Program-made: the position numbers and the translations under genes
Notes under the pieces: model-generated
Told to the model about the DNA's origin: nothing
What the model saw: the letters and a program-made list of their open reading frames with translations, nothing else
The model's database searches: none
Part shown: piece after piece, positions 43,690 through 58,278 of the stretch
Position numbering within the stretch: position 1 is the stretch's first letter
Layout of the letters: each line of letters starts with the position of its first letter
From: the human T2T-CHM13v2.0 reference genome, Homo sapiens
DNA length: 64,000 bases
Strand: one strand, 5' to 3'
Assembly (NCBI RefSeq): GCF_009914755.1
Contig: NC_060931.1

Positions 43690-46030
43690 CATAGCATGAG
43701 GGAAAACTACAGATACTGGTGCTGGTTTAAAGTACTGAGGAACCCACAGAAGAGAAAATCCACAGAAGTTTGGTGTGGAGAAGAGAAGGCAGGTGGAGTG
43801 GATGGTCCAGAAAAAGGCATTCCGCTTTGGGAGAAAGAAAAGATGCTGAGGTCAAAACACACAGCCTTTGAGAAGCTGATGAGAAACTCATTTCTGTGTG
43901 CTAGGGAGGAAGCAGCAGTTATGGGGCTGAGGAGGCAGAGGGCGTGAGGTCAGAGGACCTTCTGCATCTGGCTGCCTCTGGCTGGAGGTAATGCTTACAC
44001 AACCCAGAGTCCTGGGAGAGAAAAAACAACCTAGAATCCCATCATAGACAAAAGGGTCTCTATGGAAGCTGCCGGTCCCCATGAACTCAAGTATAAGTTA
44101 TCACCATTAACACAAACTTCCCTTTTCCCTTTATGCTTATTCCCATGCAGATCACTAGATAAAACAAATTAGTATTGACATCAAGTAAAGCTTTCAAGAG
44201 CACTGAACTCTCAACTCTCTTTCAGTATACCTCTCAACTCCCCCAATTTGTGGCTCATCTATTTACAACTTAAGGAGATTGGAAGGATATTGATGACAAT
44301 ACAACGAGTGCAGAGTAGATGGGAGAATGGGCTCTAGCTCACACATCGTAAAAATGATTAAACTATGTAGCAAGCTATAAAGCCACTGGCTTGCTCTGAG
44401 ATTTATAGGAACAGGCCTTTTAACTTTACAAGATTGGATTCTAGCATGAGTTATCCGAAGGCACTGAGATCTTAGCTTATGTGTATTCACTGAGTTGCCT
44501 GGGAGGCCCGGAATATCTGGGAAAGGCCTGGGGGTTAAAGAAGTTGTTATGGAAAGGTGGGAGTATCTGTACCAGAGATGGAGCAGTCTCTGCCCTTTCT
44601 TGGATCAGCAAAACACACCTGTGTAACATTGTCCATGTATCTGTGTCTCCCAGAGAGGACATGGAAAGGAAGACAGGAGAGCACTAGAGAAGAGAAGTGA
44701 GGGCCAGGTTAACCAAGCTGTCTTTCCTGCACACTTTGAGGTTATTATTAAATAATCTTGAGCAAGACAAGCCACACTGCCATGTGCTATGGAAGACAAA
44801 CTGACAGAGCATCTTTCATTGTACGGAAAGATTTTCCATACAATGAAAATTTTTTTCCCAGTTGGCATAGAAATCTGATGCAGAGTCCCCTGTTAGGTCA
44901 CCCAGCTATCATCTGCTCAGAATGTAGGGTAGTTAATCTCTTTCATACTCAAATTCCTTTCAGAGCATTCAAGGTGTCCCAGAGGTGAGGGTGTCTCATA
45001 TGAATTCTATGCATTAGTTCTCTTGGCTATGCAGTGGCATCTGTAGTCTTCCTTTTCCTGTTCATTGGCTGATGCCAGATTGAGCCAACTCCAAAAGCAT
45101 CATCTAGGCATGGACCCTTCACCTAGGTCACCAGCCTGATGTCTGATTTGAAGGCCTAGATGTCTGAGCCAGGAGTCATTATGTGCACTTCTGAAGCCTC
45201 TGGCACTATCACCCACCATTGCAAAGCTGCTGGGACCAATGTATGGGTGCCTGTGTTCTCAGAGCCCTGCGGAGATAGCAATGAAAAAGCTCTCTGAGAT
45301 TTGACTTGCTCTTTTATTGCAGAACTCAGCCACAAGCACCTGGGGTCTGGACCAGGAGATGGTCTTTGTGACAGATGCCTTATTCTCAGCTGCAATTTCC
45401 AGGCACAATGAGATGAAAAAAAATTGCTATCCCCTTAGTAGCTGGTATAAAACTTTATCTTAGGAAGAGACTTGCCTTTTGGAGGAAAATGTCTTGATAA
45501 GCTCACTTGTGTAGTCAATTCCTTTGAAGCATGGCTGTTCTCTGGTGCCAAGGTTTCTAAGACATAGTCAAAACTATTCTGTATAAGAAGAAAAGAGAAC
45601 GAACTTTATTTATTTGTGTTTTTATTTTATCTTGGGGAAGGAAAAGGGACAGTAAAAGGGAAGAATAAGCTAACAAGGTAGTGGGAGCTCATGTGTTGCC
45701 CAATGTGATTCATCTTCACTAATATCATTAAAAACTATTCTTGGTTTGATTTGATTTCTTATGGAAAACAATAAGTGGGTTTGAATTTGTGTAGAAGCTG
45801 ACTATGGGCAAAACAGAGGCCACAGACATAGAAAAAGAAGAGGAGACAGAGACCCTAATTGCCATCAGTACATTGGGACTAAGTCTCTTGTCTTTGAATC
45901 AGACCTGTGCAGCCTACTGGGTCCTCACTTATGCAAACTGATGCCAAGGGGATGTGCTGCATCAGGACCCAGGATGAGCTCAGACAAGTCTGCAGCCCAT
46001 GGTGGATGCTGCTTAGGAAATACAGAATTG

Positions 46031-46281
46031 TTCAGAAATTCCTAGGAATGGAAGCAAAACTAACCCCAACCACCATTTCCTCTGACATTTGAAATATCAT
46101 TCCCTTCCTCTTTAAAGAGGGGCCTCTCCAGGATTGGAAGAACCTCGGCATGTGGCCAGCTGCCAGTAACCAAATCTGTGTAGTTTCCAGTGGGAACTCC
46201 ACTTCTGTCCCAGTGTTCTCTTCCATTTCATTCCATTCTGTGCCATTCCATGCCACTCCCTTCCCTGCCACTGCATTCTAT
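46031..46281 (+). repeat. Local 251-bp duplication, copy 1 (presumed donor)
   Basis: Ungapped match to 48496-48746, 24 mismatches by hand count (about 90%). Confidence 0.95.
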
Positions 46282-46447
46282 CACATTCCACACCACTGCA
46301 ACTCATTCCACATGCAATCACTGTGCACCTACTCCGTCCCTAAAATACTTCGCCTGGCCCTGAACATGCAGAGATCAACAACACACAGTTAATCGCAAAG
46401 GAATGTTAATTTCTCTGGGCCGCTGGTAGGCTGAGTTCCAAGGGAAC

Positions 46448-47640
<1,193 letters not shown>

Positions 47641-47644
47641 GTGT

Positions 47645-48125
47645 ATTATGTCAGGTAGTAATGTGTGGTATGAAGAAAAATAAAGCAGTATAACACTATG
47701 GAAAGTAATGGTGTGGTGTGTGTGTGTGTGGGCATGCACGTGCATGAACTATTTTACTCTTTAGGAGATTAGGGAGCTCTTACTGATGAGTTGATATTTG
47801 AGAAGAGTTTTAAAAGTGACAGAGCAAGTCCCATGAACATGTGGTGACAAAAACTCCCAGGCCAAGAAAGGGAAGTGCAAGGGCCCTGTGGTTGGTATGT
47901 GTTTAAAGAGACAGTGAGGGGTGGGGGAGCGGGAGGGTAAGTCATGGAACACCTTGTAGGTCACCGGAAAGACTTGAAATTTTACCCCGAGTGAGATAGG
48001 GAGCCCCTGGGAGATCATAGGAGAGGAGTTACACCATCTGATTTATTGTTGAAAAGATTCATCTCACCATTGTGAGAAGAATAGGCTGCAGTGGGATTAA
48101 GAGTGCAACTAGGAGACCTGATCCA
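47645..48125 (-). mobile_element. L2 LINE fragment
   Basis: atgaagaaaaataaagcag...gtgcaagggccctgtggttgg...ccttgtaggtcaccggaaagacttg. Confidence 0.65.
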
Positions 48126-48465
48126 AGTCCTCTGGACTTGGTGGGGAAAACCTTCACAGCCGAGCCCAGAATCAAGATCATGTCTCATTTAACATTCTCA
48201 ACTATTTAAAAGAAGAGATTGGCTCCCCATGCAGCTGGGGGAACTGAAACTCTAGGGAGCACACTGCACTTGTGAGAGGTGCTGGGAGTCAGGGAGTATT
48301 TCAGTGAAGCCACTTTGACTACTTCTTCGTTTCCAGGCAAGGGTTTCCCACTCGCCCAGTCTTGTGACTTCTATAGTCACAATTGGCACATAACTATGAG
48401 CTTCCAAAGAAAATGTCAAATCTGTGCCCTTGTCGTGATTGAGGTTGATAACGTTGTGTTGTTGT

Positions 48466-48930
48466 GTTATTGAAGACCTACCTCAGAATTTTTAATTCAG
48501 GAGCTCCTGGGAATGGAAGCAAAACTGACCTCAACTCCCGCTTCCTCTGACCTGTGCAATATCATTCCTTCCCTCTTTAAAGAGGGGCCTCTCCAGGATT
48601 GGAAGAACCTCAGCACGCGGCCAGCTGCCAGTAACCAAATCTGTGTAGTTTCCAATGGGAACTCCACTTCCGTCCCAGTGTTCTCTTCCATTCCATTCCA
48701 TTCTGTGCCATCCCATGCCACTCCCTTCCCTGCCACTCCATGCTATTAGAATTGGAGACAGAGACCCCAATTACTTTTAATCCTCAGAATTATCCCATTC
48801 TTAGGACCTATTGTTGTCCCTACTTGATAAATGAGGAGCTACAGACCCAGCAAGGTTACATAATGTCTCAGGGTCGCCGGGTAATGAAGGTATCCAGGGC
48901 TGCTTGCCCCTGAAGCCTAGGCTCTTCCCA
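48466..48930 (-). mobile_element. MIR SINE interrupted by the duplicated segment
   Basis: ttattgaagacctac (left piece) and tttaatcctcagaattatccc...aaatgaggagctacagacccagcaaggtta (right piece); the left piece is short. Confidence 0.6.
48496..48746 (+). repeat. Local 251-bp duplication, copy 2 (presumed derived)
   Basis: Ungapped match to 46031-46281; flanked by cctcagaatt at 48481-48490 and 48782-48791. Confidence 0.95.
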
Positions 48931-49193
48931 AGGCGTGCTGAAGACAGACTAGCAAGAGAGACCTGAATCTTCCCACGGACCCCCTCACCACACAGCCATG
49001 CTGCTCAATTGCAGAGAGAAAATGTGGGAGGCAAAGAGGTCGATGGCAAACGTCTTTATTTCCTTTGGCCATGTGATACCCTCTCTCTAAGTAGGTTTGA
49101 AGGGAATGGTGGGGTAAGTGCAGAGAGGAGGATGATTAGCCGGGAGGGTTTAGGGAGCCAGACTGTGAGAGGTGCCCAGGAGAGGAGAATTTC

Positions 49194-49597
<404 letters not shown>

Positions 49598-49679
49598 TAA
49601 AAGCTTTTGGGATGGAGTGGACCTTTCTTTTAGGTGGGAGGTGAAGCCAGGGAAGGAGTGAAGCCAGGTGGGTATTAGA

Positions 49680-49755
49680 CCAGGTAGAAGTCAGTCCAGG
49701 TGGAGGTCAGTCCAAGTGGAGGTCAGTCCAGGTGGAGGCCAGGCCTGTTGGAGGT
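49680..49755. repeat. 16-bp minisatellite (ccaggtggaggtcagt), about 4.7 units
   Basis: Units start at 49680, 49696, 49712, 49728 and 49744. Confidence 0.85.
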
Positions 49756-51302
49756 GTCAGGCGTGGTGTGGGGCTTCAGAACTCATCGTGGGAGGAGGTC
49801 AGGCTGGCCTGGATGCCCAGGTCCCTGCTGTGGTCCCCAGCAGTTGCGGTACCTAGCAGTCCTCGTCCCCAGCGACTCTCAGCCTTGTCCCAGGCTGCTT
49901 CTCACCATGACTGAGTAGAAAATCCTTTGGTCACATAAGGTGAATGGATTTACTCAGGGAGGGGCCCCTATTTTAAGGTGCCATGGCCTCAGGGAGATGG
50001 GGGAAGATGTCAAAGGGGCTCCAGCTGGCTGATGACTCTGGGGCTGGTAGTATTCAGGTCCACAGACCAGATCATTAACCAGCTGAGTTATAAACTCCAA
50101 AAGCAGCAATAGGTTGACTCCAAACTGCATGCCCGTGGCAGGGAGAGGGTGGCCAGCTGGGAGATGGTGTTTACTCTCTTGCTGTCCCCAAATCCTGAAG
50201 GTCATTTTAATTAACTTTCAAACAGCTTTTCTACTTTTTGGTCTTTGAGTTTGTACTTATGGCTACACACGCCCACCCACACATAATCCCATTTTAATGA
50301 AATCAGGGGAACATCAAAATCACTATACTGTATCACTGTCTCGTTAAAATGAACATATCTCGCCATAGCAGAGTAGAAGGGCTGCTTTGTGGCTTATTAG
50401 TATTTTTAATTATTTAAAGCAAACTTTCCACACACTGTTGTGTTAGTAAATCAAGGTCAAGTTTTTTTTTTTTTATTTTAACTTTTTATAAACAAGAAGG
50501 GATTTTTTTTTGCAGCTTCCAAAGTAAGCTGCCGAAGAAGGAAAGGCTGGGACTAGCTTTGAATATGATATCAGATTCCTGGTAAAATTGGATGTGTTTT
50601 TCAAAACACACTGCTAATATCTGGAGTGGAGTTATACACATTTATGGGAGCAAGTGTTGGTGGGAACCACCGTGGGGAAGTAGTGGGGAAAATGAAAGGA
50701 TATCCAATTAGCTCTGGGTGGAAATTAACTGCGTAGTGCTGCAGAAAGGGCCATAACTGTGAATCACTACATTTAAAATAAAAGTGATCATAGCAACCTA
50801 AATAACCAAAGTATTTTTCCATGTGTATGTGAGGGCTTACGGGCAGGGGAGGCGCTATCTGGGAACTGAAGACTGGGTCTGAGCTGGCTTCCAAGGCGGT
50901 GGGCTGGCCAGTCCCCAGAAACAACGAGGCTCTGTGGACTGGGAAGGGCTGCTGGGGGTTGGCACAGAAAGAAGGAAATCAGTGATGCTATGGGCAAGGG
51001 GAAGGGGTCCCCCCACCCCCCAGCCACCAAGACGGTTATAAACTCAGGGTCATGGTCAAGGGCAAACTTGAGGGCTCTGAGTGATTTCAGCACCCAGCTG
51101 GGGATGCCTTGGAAGGGGAGGTGGAGGGCTTTGGGGAGGCATTAGCTGTTTCCCAGAGAGCTGGAGAACTGGGAACATGACAGTTTGGGGACTCAGGAAA
51201 ACTGATACTGATGAGCACCTAAAGTATTCCAAATGGAATTCTTACTGACTCTGTTTCATCCACCTAGTAGGGATTCTCTGTTAAATTGTTTTATCTAGCA
51301 TC

Positions 51303-51660
51303 TGTATCACTTGGGGTCCCAATAGGAAACAGATGGCACTCTCGAGCTGGGTAATTGAGAAGCGTTCAATAAAGAGACTATTTGCAAAGGTGTAGGCACC
51401 GTGTGATGTAAGGAAAACACAAGGGATGTGCAGAGGGCTGGCAAATAACATAGGGAGAGCATCATGACCCCATCACCTGGAGGGGAGGGGAGGAGGCAGT
51501 ACGAGACCTGGGGAGTGAGAGGACCACCTTGGTAGATGGGCCAAGAAGCCTGAGCCAACCTACCAGGAAAAAGCCATGGGAAGAAATACCCCAACCTCTC
51601 TCTCCCTCCACCCTGCAATCACCTGCTGACTCCTGCTGACCTATCTCAACCTGAAGCCAA
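51303..51660 (-). mobile_element. ERVL solo LTR (LTR33-like)
   Basis: tgtatcacttggggtcccaataggaaacagatggcactctcgagctgggtaattgag...aataaagagactatttgcaaaggtgt. Confidence 0.7.
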
Positions 51661-51664
51661 ACAA

Positions 51665-52018
51665 TAGTGGGGGCTAGTAAGTCCAAAATCTGTAGGGCAA
51701 ATGGCAGGTATGAAAGATGCGGGGAAGAGTAGATGTTGCAGCCTTGAGTCCTCAGGCTGGAAACCCAGGCAGAATTTCTGTGTTACAGCCTGGAGGCAGA
51801 ATTCTTTCTTCTTTGGGAAATCTGTATTCATTCTGAAGACCTTCAACTGATTGGATGAAGCCCACTTATATTATGGAGGGCAATCTGCTTTACTTAAACT
51901 AATTGTAAATATTAATATAATCTAGAAAATAACTTTACAGGAACATCTAGACTGGTCTTTGACCAAACAAGTGGTCACCATAGTCTAGCCAAGCTGGCAC
52001 ATAAAATGAACCATGACA
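51665..52018 (-). mobile_element. MLT2 (C/D-like) ERVL LTR fragment
   Basis: gaccttcaactgattggatgaagcccac...ctagccaagctggcacataaaatgaaccatgaca. Confidence 0.8.
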
Positions 52019-52104
52019 GTCCTTGTGGTCGGGCAAAATAGAAGTAGGGTTGTGCTGAGGTTCAATGAGGACCTTAAAGTTTAAACGTCACTCTCACTCA
52101 TGTT

Positions 52105-52260
52105 GACTTATCTAATCCTCAAAACCATATGGTGAAACAAGTATTACCATCCATAATTTATACATGTTGCAACTAAGGCTCAGAGAAATACTTGCTTAAG
52201 GACAGAAAGCTGGAAAATTGTAGAGGCAAGACTCAAATTCAAGTCTTCTGACGTCAAGCC
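52105..52260 (-). mobile_element. MIR SINE
   Basis: ttatctaatcctcaaaacc...aactaaggctcagaga...gactcaaattcaagtcttctgac. Confidence 0.75.
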
Positions 52261-52335
52261 TAGATAGTTTCTAAGTGGGTAATACAATATTTTTAAGTCC
52301 CATTAGGAAATCATGTGGGATCAGGAGGTTACTTA

Positions 52336-52816
<481 letters not shown>

Positions 52817-53059
52817 CTATTTTGTCAAGTTGAGCTCTTCACTTGAGCCCTATCGTTTGTAGCCATGTGAAGCCAAGGCCTTTGAATCTCAGTTGGCTTT
52901 TCCCTATTTGCTTTTGAAGGTAGTCTTTGCTGAGGGGTAAAGAAGGTTATGGCGGGCATTTTGCTGTCGGGTTACACTGAGCACCTTCTGATGACACCAA
53001 CCCTGTAACTGTGTGAGCTGACATGCAGGTCTTGCCATGATGTGCTGGTTACAAGCACA

Positions 53060-53215
53060 CTCTGCAGCTAGGCTGCCTGCATTTGACTCTTGCCTTGGCC
53101 ACTTACAGCTATATGGCCTCATCAAGCCACACCTCAGCTTTGCCATCTGGAAATAGGACAATGATAGTGCCTACTCCTAGGTTTTTTATGAGGACAGGAT
53201 GACTAGTGTCTGGGA
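53060..53215 (+). mobile_element. MIR SINE
   Basis: gccacttacagctat...cctcagctttgccatctggaaataggacaatgatagtgcctac. Confidence 0.7.
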
Positions 53216-53885
53216 TATAGAAGGTACTATGTGAGTGTACATTAAATGAAGCCCATGAAACTCTTATTACAAAAAAGAGAAATCAACTTTTGGCTGTATG
53301 TGAGTTTTTGAGGTTCTTTTGTCTTCCAATGCCCAAAAGAGAAAGCAATAGATAAATCATTCATTCATTAATTCATTCAATAATTCATACCTATTTCACA
53401 CTTTGTATGATGATAATCATAAAAATTAGATTCTTTGACAGCAAGGAATGCAGCATAGTTGGGAGAGCCAGACCACTAATTAGATTAATAATGTTTACTA
53501 AGACATAGAACTTTAGAGAATTGTACGAAGGTTATTAATTATCTCCACAAAATATTCAGATATGTAAATTATTGGGTATAAGTCAACCCTAGATATCAAG
53601 TAAGAACTTTTAAAATGAATAATGATAAGTAGTCTGATAAATGCTATAATAGAGATATGCACCCTGCTTCTCTCTCCAGTCCAATTTCTCAACATTGCCT
53701 TCTCCCACTCTCCATTTCTGCCATGTTGATCTCCTTTCAGTTCCTGATACAATGGTTTCCATAGTTTGATTGCACACCTCAATGAGAAAACAACAGCAAA
53801 TAAACAAGCTGAAAACATGTAGGCTCCCATGTATGTATGCTAACATACAAACTCCAAGGTGTATATATTTACTTAAAAGCTGTCT

Positions 53886-54216
53886 GCCAGGTGCAGTTGC
53901 TCACGCCTATAATCCCAACACTTTGGGAAGCCCAGGCAGGAGGACTGCTTGACCCCAGGAGTTCAAGACCAGCCCTGGCAACATGGTGAGACCCAGTTTC
54001 TACAAAAAATATTGTTTAAAATTAGTCAGGTGTAGCGGCATGCACCTGTAAGTCCCAGTTACTCAGGAGGATGGCTTGAGTAAGATGGAGGATGGATGAC
54101 TTGAGGATGGCTTGAACCTGGGAGGTTGAGGCTACAGTGAGCTATGATGGTGCCACCAGACTCCAGCCTGGGTGACAGAGCAAGACCCTATCTCAAAATA
54201 AATACGTAAATAATAA
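53886..54216 (+). mobile_element. AluJ with internally iterated right-arm segment
   Basis: J diagnostics gaggctacagtgagctatgat; TSD aaaagctgtct (53875-53885, 54217-54227). Confidence 0.93.
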
Positions 54217-55451
54217 AAAAGCTGTCTACATGTATTATCACCATTAACTAATATATTCAGATGAGGAAAGCTAGGTTAAGACAAGGTTCAACATTAACAA
54301 CAGAGGATACAAAGCCGTACTTCAAAAGAATTGGTGATAATTTTGTATTCTTTTGGCAAACTTCTTGTCAGTTCTGATTAAATCATTTTTAATCTCATCA
54401 TGGGCTGACAAAGAGCTTGTCTAAGGCAGGAACAGTGTGAGTTCAGAAAAAAATGTGTGTTCACTTATACTTCCATTAGTAGTATTACCACCAATCTGTG
54501 AATTCTTTGCAGGAGACTCTTTAAGCTGTGTGGCATTTAGTGAGGGCTGGTTCAGAGTAGGTAATATCATCCGTGAGTTCCGGTGACAGACACACCCTGG
54601 CTGCACACTGGGGCATGGCCACTTTTCTTTCAGGAGACATCATGTACCTTGCATGGCACATGGTTCTGGGACACCTGCACTAAGGAAGCCTCTGGTTTTA
54701 GCCTGTTTCTTATATAGTAGCAGAGCTTACTTGCTTTCTTATTCAGTTAAGCTGAACATTTAGCATAAACATATCTATTTTTTTCTTCCTGCTTCCTAAT
54801 GGACCATCTTGTATACACACTGGGAAACATGTGTCCTATTTTCGAGACCTCTGCTTGAAAACTCTGGGCCTTCTAGCTCCAGAGTCTTCCCAACACTGTA
54901 CCTGCTGCCTGGAACACTTTTGCTCCCCACTTTTGTTTCAGGGTCCCTGATTTACCACTTCCTCTGGGCAGCTCTCTCTAACCCCCCTAGACCAGGTTGG
55001 GGACTTGCTGCTGTTCACTTCTCTATACTGTTTCATATAGAAAATACCTGTGGAGTTTCTATTACGCCAGCCCTATTCAGATGAGCCAAACTGGACATGG
55101 CCAATCTAGAGGAGTTAGAAGTCATTAACCAAATAATGATACAAATAAATATAAAATTATAACTGTGTTAAATGCTTTGATGGAGAAGTACAAATTGTGA
55201 CAAAAGTATAAAGGAGGGGGATTTGATCTAGCCTGGGGAACTAACTGAGTTTAAATATGAAGGAGTACCAGGAAAAAGAGAGAAAGAGTTTCAGAAGGAA
55301 GGATGCAGCAGATGCAAAGGCCCTGTGGCGGAAGGGGGCATTTATTTTAACAAGTAGGATTTCACTACAGGATGAAGCTGGAAGAAGGGAGAGAAAGAAG
55401 GTGTGGAAGGCAATAGGAGTGATAACAACAGCTATCCAGATGCCAGGGTGT

Positions 55452-55763
55452 GGCTAGGTGTGGTGGCTCATGCATGTAATTTCAGTACTTGGGGAGGCAG
55501 AGGCAGGAAGACCACTTGGGCTCAGGAGTTAGAGACCAGCCTGGGCAACAGAGTGAGACCTCATCTCTACTAAAAAAAATAAAAAATAAAATTAGCTGGG
55601 CATGGTGGTGTGCACCTGTAGTTCCAGCTACTGGGGGGTGGGGAGGGGTAGGGAGGTTAAGGTGAGAGGGTCACTTGAGCCCAGAGGCTGAGGCTGCAGT
55701 GAGCCGTGATTGCACCACTGCCCTCCAGCCTGGGCAACAGAACAAGACCCTGCCTCAAAAAAA
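55452..55763 (+). mobile_element. AluJ with G-rich insertion
   Basis: Full AluJ; extra ggggggtggggaggggta after cagctact. Confidence 0.92.
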
Positions 55764-56085
55764 TATTTTTTAGAAAGATGCAGGGACATGGGAAACCCTA
55801 CACACACTGGCCATGATCTTTGAAGAATTTGATCAGGATCTGAAGATGTCATACAGGTGCAGCAGTGAGGCTCAGGGTAAGGCAGCTGCTGTGGGGATGA
55901 AGAAATGTGGGAACATCTGGGGTGAGGAATGCACAGAACTTGACCAACTGGATTGACCATGAGCAATGAGCCAGCAGGAGGCAGCCAAGCCCACTGCCAG
56001 GCGAGTGCATGGTGGGACCGCTCAGCAAGAGGGGGTCGGAGAAAGGGCAGCTGTGTGTGACAAGGGTGGGGACAATTGCCTCAGC

Positions 56086-56533
56086 GCAGGTGGATCACCT
56101 GAGGTCAGGAGTTCAAGAACAGCCTGGCCAACATGGTGAGATCCTGTCTCTACTAAAAGTACAGAAATTAGCTGGGCATGGTGGTGTGTACCTGTAGTCC
56201 CAGCAACTTAGGAGGCTGAAGCAGAAGAATCACTTGAACTCAGGAAGCAGAGACTGCAGTGAGCCAAGATCATGCCACTGCACTCCAGCCTAGGTGACAG
56301 AGTGAGATTCTGTCTCAAAAAAAAAAAAAAAAAAGATAAAAGAATTCTCCCCATCTCTACAAGTAATAAATTATCCAGGCATGGTGACACATACCTGTAG
56401 TGCCAGCTACTCATGAGGCTGAGGAGGGAGGATTGCTTGTGCCCAGGAGGTCGAGGCTGCAGTGGGCTATGATTGTGCCACTAAGTTCCAGCCTGTGTGA
56501 AAGAATGAGACCTTGTCTCAAAAAAAAAAAAAA
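56086..56533 (+). mobile_element. 5'-truncated AluS (56086-56342) abutting a partial AluJ (56349-56533)
   Basis: Two poly-A tails; second unit has J diagnostics ggaggattgcttgtgcccaggaggtcgaggctgcagtg. Confidence 0.9.
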
Positions 56534-57914
56534 TCACTGAGTCTTCTCCAATTTAGAGTCATAGAATCCTAGTCATAGGTATTGTGTAGGGTACAAAAGT
56601 GGATATGACATTGCCCTTGTCCTGAGGTAGGTTCCAGGCTACTCCAGAGATAAGACACGCATAGACAATTACATATTGCATAGAAAGTGGAACAAGTTGG
56701 AAGTTAAGAAGGAAGAGAGAGGTCACTTCTTGAGGGGCAGGAGGAGGTGAGAATCTGCTTAGAAAGGGCCATGCAGGGCACAAGTCAACAGTCCTCCACA
56801 GCATGTGGCTCTGGCACCAAGAAAATGTAGGTGTCTTCATAGGCATTAACCTCAAAAACTAGTCCTTTAAAACCCAGATGCCACGGTGACTTTTAAAAAT
56901 AGCCTTTGGTATGGAGCCTTTTTGAAAGTCTAAATAAATTACACTCATTGGTTCCTCCCTGTCCATGCATTAATCTTCTCAAAGGCTGCAGTGCGTTAAT
57001 CAGGGCTGCTTTCTCCCTCTGAAATTGCCTTTTCACTGGTAAGTTCTGTGAGTCTGAATGTCTCCTATGGATTTCATGTGCCTGCCTGCACCAGTGTGGG
57101 AAGGGATGTGCTTCACTTGTGGTTCCCAGGACTTCCTTCAGAGCCTTCCCTGTACTTGGGGTCCCACTGGTATTTTCTGGTCCCCAGATATTGGGGCTCT
57201 TTGTGTTGACAGTTGATGCATTAGCTGAGAGTGGTACAATTTCACCCTCCTCCTCTGCAAGCCCTCCGAGAAGTCTTGGGTGAGCCTTATCCCTTCCCAG
57301 GGATTTAGTTACATTTAGCTTAACGGCTAGGTAGAGCACATGAAGTTTGATGCTATTTGGCTAGCTATCTTCAAACTACCTGCTTCGATAAATATTCCAC
57401 AAGTGGCTCAACCACATTCTGCTTCCTTTCTTCCTCTGCCTGGGCATGGCTGTCACTGTTACTGTGTATGCCATGAACTTGCAGGTGTTTTGGTGCAAAG
57501 AACATCCCATCAAGGCTTTGGAACCCCTAGCAGGGCACCTCTTGAATTAGTTGTGTCCCTGCTGAATCCATTTTGCCCCAAATCTGCCACACTTCATGGG
57601 CCTCCCAGAATTTCTTGGTCAGGCCTTCTCTACATCTACAAAAAGCAGTAAGTTCATGTCCTCAGCTTTCCCTAATGTGTTTGGGCACCCAGCCTGGCAG
57701 GGTGTCCTATGGGCTAGCTTATATGAAAGGGTGCACTTTCAGAAAAATACCGACCAGGCTGGTGCAAGGACCCACGGTCAGCAGTGTAACTGGCTAGGGT
57801 GGACCCACAAGAAGTGCTCTAGGAGAGGGGATGCTTTGCAAATAAAATCCACAGCTTTGGTTGAAGGTGGGAGGCTGTTTCTATGGCTTGTCCAGAGCTC
57901 CTTAGGTGACAATG

Positions 57915-58278
57915 TGATATGGTTTTGCTGTGTCCCCACCCAAATCTCATCTTCAGTTGTAGCTCCCATAATTCCCATGTGTTGTGGGAGGGACCCAGAG
58001 GGAGATAATTGAATCATGGGGGCAGTTTCCCCCATACTGTTCTCATGGTAGTGAATAAGTCTCATGAGATCTGATGGTTTTATAAGGGGTTTCCCCTTTT
58101 GCTTGGCTGTCAATTCTCTCTTGCCAGCCACCATGTAAGACGTGCCTTTAGCCTTCTGCCATGATTGTGAGGCCTCCCCAGCCATGGGGCACTATGAGTC
58201 CATTAAACCTCTTTTTTTTATATAAATTACCCAGACTCAGGTATGTCTTTATCAGCAGCATGAGAATGGACTAATACA
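57915..58278 (+). mobile_element. THE1B/C MaLR solo LTR (364 bp)
   Basis: tgatatggttttgctgtgtccccacccaaatctcatc...ggactaataca; 5-bp TSD caatg/ccatg. Confidence 0.93.

Noticed and set aside
46220-46300. Satellite II/III (ATTCC)n array
   Set aside because: Only a few degenerate pentamers are present; this is low-complexity sequence, not a satellite block.
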